Made by a program: the position numbers and the translations under genes. Shown piece by piece: positions 17,639-26,902 of a DNA stretch of 64,000 nucleotides; position 1 is the first letter of the stretch; every line of letters starts with the position of its first letter. The notes beneath the pieces were generated by a model that saw only the letters and a list, made by a program, of their open reading frames with translations, ran no database searches and was not told the DNA's origin. Source of the DNA: a virus; IMG/VR virus record IMGVR_UViG_3300020442_000011, positions 48,001 to 112,000 of that record. The stretch is one strand, 5' to 3'.

Positions 17639-19525
17639 TTAATCCCTGAGCTTCCGGCTGTGCAGCGTAAAAAAAACCTTCATCATGTCAAGCGCAACAA
17701 GATGAGGGAAACGACTGTTAAACTTCTTCGCCACAGGTGTGTCACAGGAAGGACAATTAAACGAAGGAACTGCAATAATACCAAGCATGCAATCGTCAAT
17801 GAACTTCCCTACGTGTTCGAAGAATGTTTCAACGTTTTCGCTATCGGAGAACGTTGTCGAGAGTACCGATTCGATAAGTTCCCGATCACTACTCAATTCG
17901 ATCGGTTCGCTACTGTCTTCACTCTGCTCGTAAACCGCACTTACCCAGTGTGCGTATTGCTGCGCTGAAGTAGCTAACGCAAGTTCTTCGATGTAACGTG
18001 CACGAGACGAACCATGGGGTGGTTCGTTGTAGGCTTTGTTGGTCATCTCTTTAAGACTGTCGATCCAAGCATAACCTGCCAGCTCGTATTCATAGACACT
18101 GGGTACGCGGAGTTTTAGACCGATACCATCATCGAACCATACTGTGCGTTCAATACCACGCCGGTGTTCACTGCGATAAGTCTCCAGTTCTTCATTCGTG
18201 GATGGGCGGTCCCAATTACGTTGAGCCAACATGCGACGCTGCTTCTCAGATAGAGACGACATGTCATACCAAATGAGGTTATTGAGGTTCAACGTCTCTT
18301 TAACTTCATGCTGACACTTTTCAGGGTCTGCCACACAGGCATGTGTATACGGGAAACCACGTGGGTAAACAGTACACGCAACACCCCAGAAGAAAAGGTC
18401 TTGATCAACAAGCGCTACTTTCTCTTTGATGTCGGTCGGTGTGTTCCACTCACAGGTTGCCCCTGTTAAGAACTTGATACACCAATCAAACACCGTGGTT
18501 TTCAGTGTTTGGGACATATTAGAGAACGCAAGTCCTTTCGTCATACTACCGACAGAAAGTTTGAGTTGACCCAACTCATACTGGAGTTCTACCCAGTCAG
18601 CCAGTTTCGGCGGACGGAAACGCACCCAGAAACCTGAGAAAGGAAGCATGACATCGAACGGGACACCGCCGCCGCGCTTACGTTCGATATACATCGCGAT
18701 CTCATCTTTTGAATGAGAGCCCGGTAACATACGTTGAATCGGCGAACCAGTTCGTACAGTCTTACCTTCGTGTTGGTATTGTTGACGCCATTCGGCACCC
18801 TCACGACCAAGACTGCGTTGCCCATCGCCTGTCAATGCAGCGTGTTCATGACTATCGGCGATAGTACGTAGCCAAGGCGACCCATCATCTTTACCGACAG
18901 GTCGGCGTTGTTTCTTACGAATGTCTTGAATCCGCTTTTCATCGCGAGTGAGACGTTCGATGATACCTTGAGCAGCATCGAGGATCGCTTCGAGGTTCTG
19001 GTACGCCTCGCGTTCGATGGCGACCGGCGAGTCTTCCTCATCACCTTCTTTGAATGGGCGAGTGGTGGGGCGCTGCTCATGGAAGTCCATCGGTTTATTA
19101 ACCGGCAGCTCGGGAAAATCGATATCGGTCTTTTTAGCGAAAACAGTGATGTCAACAGGGGTTGCATTACCGTCATTGTCGAAACGACTTACTTGATCAA
19201 CATCACCGCCTTGATAGATATATTCGACAACTTTCGAAAAATCGTTATCGTCGAACAGTTTCTTACCCTCTTTATCAAGCACACGCCACGTGGCGTTCTC
19301 TTTTGCTTCCGTCATGAAAACAACGGCTTCGCCACGTTCCATCTCCCAGACAGTGTCATCTGGTAGAGTGACAACCACTAAGCCGACTTCAGCCGTTTCG
19401 TTCACTTTCTGTAGAATATCATCCAGTTCAGAAACAGAACTGGCTTCTTCAATGCTAATCTGACGACGTTCGTAGTCGTCCACTTCGAAGAGTTCAAAGT
19501 AGACAATATTCTGATCTTGCATCAT
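17639..19525 (-). CDS. Conserved protein (phiKZ gp77-like), putative baseplate-hub/tail assembly chaperone
   Basis: 628 aa; RFRPP, LRVPS and Cys pairs (CVADPEKC, CPSC) reminiscent of T4 gp26-type proteins; ends with slippery GTT TTT TTT. Confidence 0.65.
   Translation of the reverse strand: MMQDQNIVYFELFEVDDYERRQISIEEASSVSELDDILQKVNETAEVGLVVVTLPDDTVWEMERGEAVVFMTEAKENATWRVLDKEGKKLFDDNDFSKVVEYIYQGGDVDQVSRFDNDGNATPVDITVFAKKTDIDFPELPVNKPMDFHEQRPTTRPFKEGDEEDSPVAIEREAYQNLEAILDAAQGIIERLTRDEKRIQDIRKKQRRPVGKDDGSPWLRTIADSHEHAALTGDGQRSLGREGAEWRQQYQHEGKTVRTGSPIQRMLPGSHSKDEIAMYIERKRGGGVPFDVMLPFSGFWVRFRPPKLADWVELQYELGQLKLSVGSMTKGLAFSNMSQTLKTTVFDWCIKFLTGATCEWNTPTDIKEKVALVDQDLFFWGVACTVYPRGFPYTHACVADPEKCQHEVKETLNLNNLIWYDMSSLSEKQRRMLAQRNWDRPSTNEELETYRSEHRRGIERTVWFDDGIGLKLRVPSVYEYELAGYAWIDSLKEMTNKAYNEPPHGSSRARYIEELALATSAQQYAHWVSAVYEQSEDSSEPIELSSDRELIESVLSTTFSDSENVETFFEHVGKFIDDCMLGIIAVPSFNCPSCDTPVAKKFNSRFPHLVALDMMKVFFTLHSRKLRD
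17669..17677 (-). promoter_or_regulatory. Putative -1 frameshift slippery site
   Basis: AAG GTT TTT TTT ACG near the stop; -1 frame opens 4 codons earlier (TGA) and runs into 17567-17133. Confidence 0.65.
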
Positions 19526-20010
19526 TTCTTATTCTCCTCGAAGGTTTTGATTTCCATGAGTTCAGGAGCGTTTTCCTGAACTTCTTTAAATAGCTCGATA
19601 TGAAGGGAATTAATCTCTTTATCGTACTTTTCCATCATTTTGCTGTAACGCTCACTGATGCTGTACATTACAGGGTAATCCTTCGGAGCGGCACCGCCTT
19701 TCTTCCCTTTATGTAAGCTGTAGATATCCAGCAAGTCTTTTTGGAACTGACGGATACCGCCGATAAACTGACTGAGTTTGAGTTTGAACTCATCTGGGTT
19801 ATCTAATTTGCTGGAAATCTCATCCATGTTACTCAGAACAGGTAGCGTAAAGAAACTTGTCATGTAGCACTGCTGAAGAAGCTGTGAGAAAATAGTCTCA
19901 AGAACAACATAGCCTTCATCACCTTCGAGAATTTCCTTGGCAAGGATTTTATGTGTTTCCATCAGTTCATCGAAAGTGGGTGCTTGAACTTGTTCGTTAG
20001 CGGCGGTCAT
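19522..20010 (-). CDS. Hypothetical helical protein
   Basis: 162 aa, AAGGA RBS, ATGA overlap with next gene. Confidence 0.8.
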   Translation of the reverse strand: MTAANEQVQAPTFDELMETHKILAKEILEGDEGYVVLETIFSQLLQQCYMTSFFTLPVLSNMDEISSKLDNPDEFKLKLSQFIGGIRQFQKDLLDIYSLHKGKKGGAAPKDYPVMYSISERYSKMMEKYDKEINSLHIELFKEVQENAPELMEIKTFEENKK

Positions 20011-20109
20011 TATGGTTTTCCTTAGTGAATTGAGTTATACGACATAACGTGAGTATAATTAGTTTTTTATAACTACGACAGGTAATGATGTGTAATCTTA
20101 CTTCTTTGG

Positions 20110-20976
20110 GTGGGCTCCATTATGTTAGATGAACTAAAACAATGTTTGCTTTTGTATACAACAGAAGAAGCAACGGAAACATTGCTTGATGCTTACCGTA
20201 TTCTGGAAACCATCGGGCTAACTGACCAAGACACGGAACTCCTTAACATCATGGGACTCGATAGCGAGGCTTCAGATAGTTATCTTCTTGTGGGTCGAAT
20301 CGAAGCGTGCTTAACGATCGCTGTTGGTGATCAGCTATCACAGTATGGTGTGACCCTGATTGATGGTACACCACTTAATGTCATGACAGAAATCCTACAA
20401 GCCGTAGGGACATTCGAGCGTTATCATATCCCTGAAGCTGTTCGAGATATCTTCTTGACAGACGAATTCGACAACGAAGAGAAGTTCGCCGAGTTCGTTT
20501 CATTGTTTAGTGCTCTCGAACCCATAGATGTCACGCATCATCTTGAGAACATCAAACCAGATACGCTCAAACGCATCAAGACGATCGCTGACGATGAACT
20601 GGCAAACATACCGAAGCCTGAGCTGCCTCTCCAAGAACTCAGAGAACGTGGACGTTTTATTAACCATATCGAGCGTAAGTCTCCCGAGCAACATTTAATG
20701 GTTGTTCGTAAACTGTCGGATTATGGTTTTCCGATGGACGTGGATGTCGATCTTGTCCTTGATGACTTGACAGACGCGCTTGATGCCATCCCTGATGACA
20801 CAGAACAGCTTGTTTATGAACTGCTAGCTGTGTCCGCCTACATCGATAGTGATTATCAAACGTTCTTCAGTGAATTCGTTGAAGATTACGCACACACCGA
20901 TGTGCTGGCGAATCGTTTAAAACGGTTAGCTAATACGTTCTTAACCGAACATGGGTATTCACATGTTAAAGCGTGA
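20110..20976 (+). CDS. Conserved hypothetical protein (phiKZ gp79-like)
   Basis: 288 aa acidic; precedes vRNAP subunit; start may be ATG 20122. Confidence 0.75.
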   Translation: MGSIMLDELKQCLLLYTTEEATETLLDAYRILETIGLTDQDTELLNIMGLDSEASDSYLLVGRIEACLTIAVGDQLSQYGVTLIDGTPLNVMTEILQAVGTFERYHIPEAVRDIFLTDEFDNEEKFAEFVSLFSALEPIDVTHHLENIKPDTLKRIKTIADDELANIPKPELPLQELRERGRFINHIERKSPEQHLMVVRKLSDYGFPMDVDVDLVLDDLTDALDAIPDDTEQLVYELLAVSAYIDSDYQTFFSEFVEDYAHTDVLANRLKRLANTFLTEHGYSHVKA

Positions 20977-22294
20977 TTTTTTTATTCGTGCAATTAATGC
21001 TAAAATGGATTTCAAACGCGATTGGGTAATGAGCGTGTTTGGTATTCTCGATGAAAAAGAAGACGATTGGAAAACTAACCCTTACCCCTATCGACCGATC
21101 CGTACAGGTAAGGGTTATGGTTTCTTAAATCCAGTAGAAGATGGTTTCGAAATAGAAGAAATCGTTGACAGTCTTTATGAACCCCTAACACCCCTCGCTC
21201 GATGGTTAGAACGTTTTGAATTAGAGCCGGGTGAATTACCCAATCATCAGGGTGATAAATCAATCACCACCACATACGGTAATATCCTTACCAACCATTT
21301 GATGTTTTGTATTCCCTTTGGTAACGAAGTTCCTTTCATTAAAGGGGAGATGAATATCAACGCGATTGCTAACACGATATTTGAGAAGGTGGTAGATGAC
21401 CCTGAGGACGATGATGGTTCGCCTTCCCCAGAAGGGGTTATTTATAACCGAGAGTTCAGACTCTTCGGTGAACACGCCGAGTCACTGGTGTCGTATAATT
21501 CAATATCAGTGACGTCCGTTACACCTAAATCGTTAGTGGGTCACCCCGATGCCCGTAAACGTCGTGAGGCACTTAAGGAAAAATACAAGGATCGTTTGAC
21601 TGATCCGGTTGTTATTTCCAAAATAGGTGCTGAACTTGAAAAGCTTGATCGCGAATGGTTAAAGGGTGATCCCGCTGATAAGTTCTACCAGACGAATGAA
21701 GGTAAATATTACGGGAAGGTACGAAAGCGTCTCTTCTACATGTTCGGTGGGGAAGCGCCGTTCTCTGATGGTACGGTCATGCAGTTCATTGAACGCTCCC
21801 TAGAAGAGGGTATCCTACCTGAAGACCTACCTGCCATTATCAATTCTCTTCGTCATGGTACACATAGCCGTGGTTCCCAGACTCAGCTAGGCGGTGAGGC
21901 CACTAAAACGATCTATCGTATGGTTGGTACGTCACGCATCGCAGAGGATGATTGTGGTAGTAATCTAGGGGTCTACTTTAAGGTTTCTTCATGGAATCAT
22001 TATTTATTTACCGGATTCTATGAGGTGACTGCCAAAGGAAGTAAGCTTCTTACGGCAGAAGAAGTAAGTCAACGTGAAGGCGAGTGGATACAATTACGTG
22101 TTCCGACTACTTGTAAGACGGAAGGACGCAACCTGTGTGGTCGTTGTGTAGGCGTCGCGCTTGCCGAACTACCGGACGGTATTGCTGCCACGAGTGCTCA
22201 AACTTCCGGTGTTTTCTTGACATCGTTCTTGAAAGCATTCCACGGTAAAGAGCTTAAGACCAAAACGCTTGATATTAATCATTGGTTACGATAG
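20963..22294 (+). CDS. Virion RNAP beta' subunit fragment (phiKZ gp80-like)
   Basis: RHGTHSRGSQTQLGG bridge helix, EDDCGS, LRVPTTC, CGRCVG, FLKAFH trigger-loop-like. Confidence 0.85.
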   Translation: MLKRDFFIRAINAKMDFKRDWVMSVFGILDEKEDDWKTNPYPYRPIRTGKGYGFLNPVEDGFEIEEIVDSLYEPLTPLARWLERFELEPGELPNHQGDKSITTTYGNILTNHLMFCIPFGNEVPFIKGEMNINAIANTIFEKVVDDPEDDDGSPSPEGVIYNREFRLFGEHAESLVSYNSISVTSVTPKSLVGHPDARKRREALKEKYKDRLTDPVVISKIGAELEKLDREWLKGDPADKFYQTNEGKYYGKVRKRLFYMFGGEAPFSDGTVMQFIERSLEEGILPEDLPAIINSLRHGTHSRGSQTQLGGEATKTIYRMVGTSRIAEDDCGSNLGVYFKVSSWNHYLFTGFYEVTAKGSKLLTAEEVSQREGEWIQLRVPTTCKTEGRNLCGRCVGVALAELPDGIAATSAQTSGVFLTSFLKAFHGKELKTKTLDINHWLR

Positions 22295-22303
22295 GAGTTA
22301 CAC

Positions 22304-23422
22304 ATGTCCAGCAAGAAATCAAACCAGCAAAACCAAAACAAGAATGACAATCAAGTCGAAGAATCTTCAGTTGAGGATAAGAACACTCAGGTGGAAGAAA
22401 CCCAAGAAGCCCAGGAACCTAAAATGGAAGACACGTTCCGTGAAAAGAACGACTTCGCTAAGAACTGGGATGACAAGGCAATCAATACTTGGGTATCTGT
22501 CATGGGTTCAGATAAAGCCTTTGTTGAAGATACCGACGTGCTTGTCTTTGACCCTTATCGGGAAAGTCGTCATCCTGAGGAATGGGAAACAAAAGAAATC
22601 GAAGCGTTCCTGAAAGGTAAACTGAAGAACGTTAAAGATAGCCGTCGGGGGGCGTTGATCGCCGAACTCAAGAAGCGCATCTCGATCGATCGCGCCTGGT
22701 CTGAGCAGGACATTCTCCAGTACTACCGCACAGGCGAAGAACCCAAGAAAACCAAATCGGGTGTTTGGTTGCGCGACATTACTCGTGATAATCGTAACGT
22801 AAGTTCCTGGACAGATGCGGAACTTACCGCTTGGGCGAATGAAGAGATCCACACCAACATTAACAGTCAACGTCTCATTAATGAGATCAACCAACGTTTT
22901 GACTTGACAATCCCAACAAACACCACTGACCGGCAGCGAATCAAACAAGCAATCCAGAATGATCAGAAACGTATTGCCGATAACGAACAAGCCAAAAAGA
23001 AAGGAGAGCTAACCGAAATGAACAGTGCCCACATCGAGTCCGTACTTAATCGCTACATCGAAGCTGTTAAGCCTGGTCGTGAAATCGACACGCAAACAGC
23101 CACGATAGCACAGAATCGACTCGAGTCGCTTTTTGCTTACGTTGTTAAGCTTGAAGGTCGTGCGATGGTCGATGGCCTGGATATGATCAAGAAAGCCTTC
23201 GTTGAACATCGCAACGGTGTTTTCGGACCCAGTGCGGCACAACGTTTCACGCATCTGGTGAAGGGTGATAAAGAACGTCACCTGGCAATGATTGAATCGT
23301 TCATGATTGTGTCCAGCCCTAATAAACATCAACGCAAGATGACAGATTTCAAAGCGATGTTCCGAAACTTCCCGCAAGACCAAATGGAGCGTCTTGCTGA
23401 TTACTTCGCGAATTACGCTTAA
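22304..23422 (+). CDS. Hypothetical protein with repeated Trp-helix motifs
   Basis: 372 aa, AGGAG RBS, four W-x-x-x-[AED]-[IL] repeats. Confidence 0.8.
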   Translation: MSSKKSNQQNQNKNDNQVEESSVEDKNTQVEETQEAQEPKMEDTFREKNDFAKNWDDKAINTWVSVMGSDKAFVEDTDVLVFDPYRESRHPEEWETKEIEAFLKGKLKNVKDSRRGALIAELKKRISIDRAWSEQDILQYYRTGEEPKKTKSGVWLRDITRDNRNVSSWTDAELTAWANEEIHTNINSQRLINEINQRFDLTIPTNTTDRQRIKQAIQNDQKRIADNEQAKKKGELTEMNSAHIESVLNRYIEAVKPGREIDTQTATIAQNRLESLFAYVVKLEGRAMVDGLDMIKKAFVEHRNGVFGPSAAQRFTHLVKGDKERHLAMIESFMIVSSPNKHQRKMTDFKAMFRNFPQDQMERLADYFANYA

Positions 23423-23466
23423 TCTTATAGTCACGTTCCTTAATGACGTCACTATACGATACTTCC

Positions 23467-23494
23467 ACCCCTCCCATTTGGGAGGGGTCTTTTT
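23467..23494 (+). terminator. Rho-independent terminator
   Basis: ACCCCTCCCA..TGGGAGGGGT followed by CTTTTT. Confidence 0.85.
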
Positions 23495-23502
23495 CGTGTT
23501 GG

Positions 23503-23535
23503 GACATAAAAAGTGCTCCCCAATGGGGAGCACTT
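23503..23535 (-). terminator. Rho-independent terminator (minus)
   Basis: AAGTGCTCCCC..GGGGAGCACTT, reads TTTTTATGTC on minus. Confidence 0.85.
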
Positions 23536-23540
23536 AAAAA

Positions 23541-24836
23541 TCAACGTGAGTTGATAATGTTGTCACGCACTTCATTGACCATTCGAGTAATACGCTCAAG
23601 CTTACCTTCATCTTTCAGTTCATCTTTAGTAACTCGGATGATTTGATTGATGTAGTGGTTTTCGTAGTTAATGTAAAGACCGATAATTTGAAGCTTGGTA
23701 TCGTTGATTTCTTTACAAGCGCTGATTACCTGACTTATCTTGGCAATTGAGCCGTTTAAGTCGTTAAGTGTGTCGGTTAATGTGGCGATCTTCTCTTTCC
23801 GTTCAAAACGTTTCATTGTCTTTAGGCGGCGTTGAAGTTCCCGGCACTCTTTAACGATGTCCTCAAAAGGCGTCACGGTAGACGTTTCTTTTCGAATTGG
23901 TTCATTAAAGATTTTATTGCTAATATCCATCCGACCTAAGGTGTTTTTACCTTGACCGTTTAACGTCTGGGAAGGATCAATAAAATCTAAAATGTCATTG
24001 GCGAGGATGTTTACTGTTAGTGAAATGTTATTGGCACTACGAATAGGTCCGGTGGGGGACTCAAAGTCGGTTTTAATTTTATCTACCGTACCCTTGAGTT
24101 CCTTAACAGTTTTAATGAATTCGCCGACTTTCTTTTCGATCGCTGCGGTGGCTGGGCGGGAACCAAAAGCAGACAACGTCGCAATGGTACGTTTCAAGTT
24201 CTCATGTTCGATGAGCTTTTCCGCGTAACCTTGCATTTCCGCTGCGATAGGTCCTTGTTTGCCAACCAGTAACTCGGCTTTGACACGAACTTCTCGGGCG
24301 CGTTCCCAGGCATTGTAACCTCGTTGGAGTTTACGTTCATACTTAGGTTCACCCCAAATATTACTTACTGCCCAATCCACCACACGACCAAGGAATGCAA
24401 TCAGTTTAGCAATCCACTCCTTTACGGTCTGCACCATGGTTTTAAGGAAGCTCTCTTGTGCAACTGACAAGCACGTACTGCTTCTTTCATCGGTGAACAG
24501 ACCTGACATGTAACTCTCATTGGAAACAGTCGTCAGGTCGACACCCATCTCTTGAAGTTTTGTCTGGATAACACCCAGCGTACGAAAGTCTTCTTTGCAG
24601 ATACCTTCAACACTTACCGTGTGGTCGAGAGCGATCAACTGGTTTGTGAGCGTGGTGAACGTATCAATCTCCGATGACGCCTCTTCAAGGGAGACAGACT
24701 TACCTGCTAGTACTTCTTGGTGCTGCTCCCAATATAATGGTTCGTCAATGAATGTACTTTCATTACTCACTGAAGGTGTGTCTTTTACGATGGGTTCACC
24801 ATCAAGTCCATATTGGACTTCATCATTATCAAACAT
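23541..24836 (-). CDS. Internal head protein with acidic propeptide
   Basis: Start MFDNDE (24836); S/A-x-E prohead protease sites (VSNE, VSLE, VSVE, VAQE) then amphipathic helix. Confidence 0.75.
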   Translation of the reverse strand: MFDNDEVQYGLDGEPIVKDTPSVSNESTFIDEPLYWEQHQEVLAGKSVSLEEASSEIDTFTTLTNQLIALDHTVSVEGICKEDFRTLGVIQTKLQEMGVDLTTVSNESYMSGLFTDERSSTCLSVAQESFLKTMVQTVKEWIAKLIAFLGRVVDWAVSNIWGEPKYERKLQRGYNAWERAREVRVKAELLVGKQGPIAAEMQGYAEKLIEHENLKRTIATLSAFGSRPATAAIEKKVGEFIKTVKELKGTVDKIKTDFESPTGPIRSANNISLTVNILANDILDFIDPSQTLNGQGKNTLGRMDISNKIFNEPIRKETSTVTPFEDIVKECRELQRRLKTMKRFERKEKIATLTDTLNDLNGSIAKISQVISACKEINDTKLQIIGLYINYENHYINQIIRVTKDELKDEGKLERITRMVNEVRDNIINSR

Positions 24837-25137
24837 GGTTTCTATTCCGGTATTCAAACAAACGTTGTCGTAAAAGATAACGCTCTGCTGATGCAATGTC
24901 GAGAAGCACCTTTTCAAACGCAATGGATTTCCCTTTTTCGAAATCAAAACGTCGCTTCTCAGCACAGATGGCGTCACCCACGAATTCGTGACCGTTTATC
25001 GTCCTCACGCAACACACTGTCACTCGAGTACCTGGAAAGTGATGGTAGTATGTATCTTTAATCAACGAGATTAAATAGTCACGTGTTAGACGTGGTGAAA
25101 TCAGAGCGTGTCGGACCGGGGAGGAATCATCGCTCAT
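24829..25137 (-). CDS. N4 gp49/Sf6 gp66 family protein
   Basis: YYHHFPGTRVTVCC..NGHEFVGDAIC....FDFEKGKSIA....ERYLL. Confidence 0.8.
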   Translation of the reverse strand: MSDDSSPVRHALISPRLTRDYLISLIKDTYYHHFPGTRVTVCCVRTINGHEFVGDAICAEKRRFDFEKGKSIAFEKVLLDIASAERYLLRQRLFEYRNRNHV

Positions 25138-25565
25138 TGCTCCTCCACATTGGAGCGAAACGCGTTCGCTACCTCACTAACAGCTGTTTTGATGCGTTCG
25201 TCTTTTACGATCAAAGACACCATGTTGTTATTCTCTTTATTAAAGAGTTCGGCTTGTTTAGTGGACTGCATGACGAATGCGCAAATGGTCTCGTCACAGC
25301 AGTCCGTCGCTACTTCATAGCGCGCTGTGTAGATAGACTTAAAGAGATCAACAGCCAGATTGATATCGAACAGAATATACTCGTTGATATCCTGGAGAAT
25401 ATCTTTAAAACGTTCTACTTCAGTTTCCAGTGTTTCTTTAAAATCAACCTGTGGGTTGATAACAGTTGCGTAGGCTGCAGCCCGTGCTACAACGAAAGCG
25501 CGAAGGCGACGTTCATTAACGTCCATGCTGGGGATGTTTTTCAGTACTGTGGCAATGGCGTTCAT
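25134..25565 (-). CDS. Hypothetical protein
   Basis: 143 aa, RBS, ATGA coupling. Confidence 0.75.
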   Translation of the reverse strand: MNAIATVLKNIPSMDVNERRLRAFVVARAAAYATVINPQVDFKETLETEVERFKDILQDINEYILFDINLAVDLFKSIYTARYEVATDCCDETICAFVMQSTKQAELFNKENNNMVSLIVKDERIKTAVSEVANAFRSNVEEQ

Positions 25566-25584
25566 TTCTCTATCCTTTCTTGGG

Positions 25585-26820
25585 TTAGCGTAAATATTGC
25601 TGTAACTTTGAATGTGTTACGAACAGATCATTATTGAGAAAAGTCTCAAGTTGTCGTTCAAGACGCAAGTGTTGTTGATTTCTACGTCGCTTGGGACTCA
25701 AGAACATACCTACTATTTCCACCGTGATAGGTATTTCATAGAGGGGTTTCATTAATTTATCGAAAGCTTCGATATCGTCAAGTAATTGTTTCTTGCGTTT
25801 CGGGTCTTTAACATGCGTTAACTGGGCGATTGTATCGCGTCGCATCTTTCTTGCTCGCTCAACTGGGTTATCATAAGAAGAATTGATATCCGAATGTTTC
25901 ATGAATTGACACGACACCCAACTAATCGTTGCGATGTTTATTCCAGGTAACAAAAGAGTAGGGATAACTGCGACCGATCTCAACCACTCGATACGGCGAC
26001 TCTTTTGTGTGCCTGATATTCTAGTGACTGCTCTTGCTAATGGTAATCCAAACCCAAGACGACTAGCGAACCAATCAGCCAGTTGTTCATCGCGTTTTAA
26101 GGAGTTGGCGTCTGATACCGAACTAATCCATCCGCGACCTGTATCGGTGTATAATCCGACGATTGCCTTTCTAACCGTGGTAACAGAAGGGTCTTTTTTT
26201 ATTTCTTGGGCGGTTTCTTTATCGACGTTATCTGTCAGTTGTTTGAGTGTCATTCCTTTTACAGAATACGTATCGGCTCGTGTTCCCAACATTACCTCAA
26301 CACCTTCCTGAAGGTAATAGGACATCCAGACATAATCACCAATCGTAGCAAACGCCCAAAAGAGATGACCAACTTCATGGAGGATCATAGCGGTGAATTC
26401 ATCATCATCCCAAAAGTTCATCGCGCTATCGCCAATGATTAAATAGGCGGGTATCTCAGTGAAGGTTCCTTCCACCTGCACTTTGGTGAGATCAACCGAA
26501 CCTTTAACGTATTTTAAGATGGCTGGGTCTTTTTGGAAGAGAGGAGTCCTAACGACAGGGTTCTTATTGGTGGAGTTGTGATTACCTGCAATATTGACCG
26601 TCCCCGCTGAAAAATTAAAACTATCCTGACGTAGACCAACAGACACCTTTATTTTAGTATTCCGTCGGATTATTTCCTGAATATCAGCAAGGAAATCTCT
26701 TGTTGATAATGTGTTGTTATCCTTATCAACATATGCTTTTTTAACACGGCTATAAACTTCAGTCGCTAGTTTTGATTTATGGTTGACGTTGATCTGCTCA
26801 ACAGACACCGTATTGTTCAT
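25585..26820 (-). CDS. Zn-metallopeptidase (HEXXH, M48-like), likely virion head protein
   Basis: ILHEVGH, EQLADWFASRLGFG, hydrophobic segment; N-terminal VSVE site; ATG 26820 preferred. Confidence 0.75.
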   Translation of the reverse strand: MNNTVSVEQINVNHKSKLATEVYSRVKKAYVDKDNNTLSTRDFLADIQEIIRRNTKIKVSVGLRQDSFNFSAGTVNIAGNHNSTNKNPVVRTPLFQKDPAILKYVKGSVDLTKVQVEGTFTEIPAYLIIGDSAMNFWDDDEFTAMILHEVGHLFWAFATIGDYVWMSYYLQEGVEVMLGTRADTYSVKGMTLKQLTDNVDKETAQEIKKDPSVTTVRKAIVGLYTDTGRGWISSVSDANSLKRDEQLADWFASRLGFGLPLARAVTRISGTQKSRRIEWLRSVAVIPTLLLPGINIATISWVSCQFMKHSDINSSYDNPVERARKMRRDTIAQLTHVKDPKRKKQLLDDIEAFDKLMKPLYEIPITVEIVGMFLSPKRRRNQQHLRLERQLETFLNNDLFVTHSKLQQYLR

Positions 26821-26902
26821 GTGGCACCTAGACGGGTAAGGGTAGTCATAGGATAGGTGGAATTTACCTGAAGCCTTTATGTTGTAGGAAGAGGAGTTAC
26901 AC

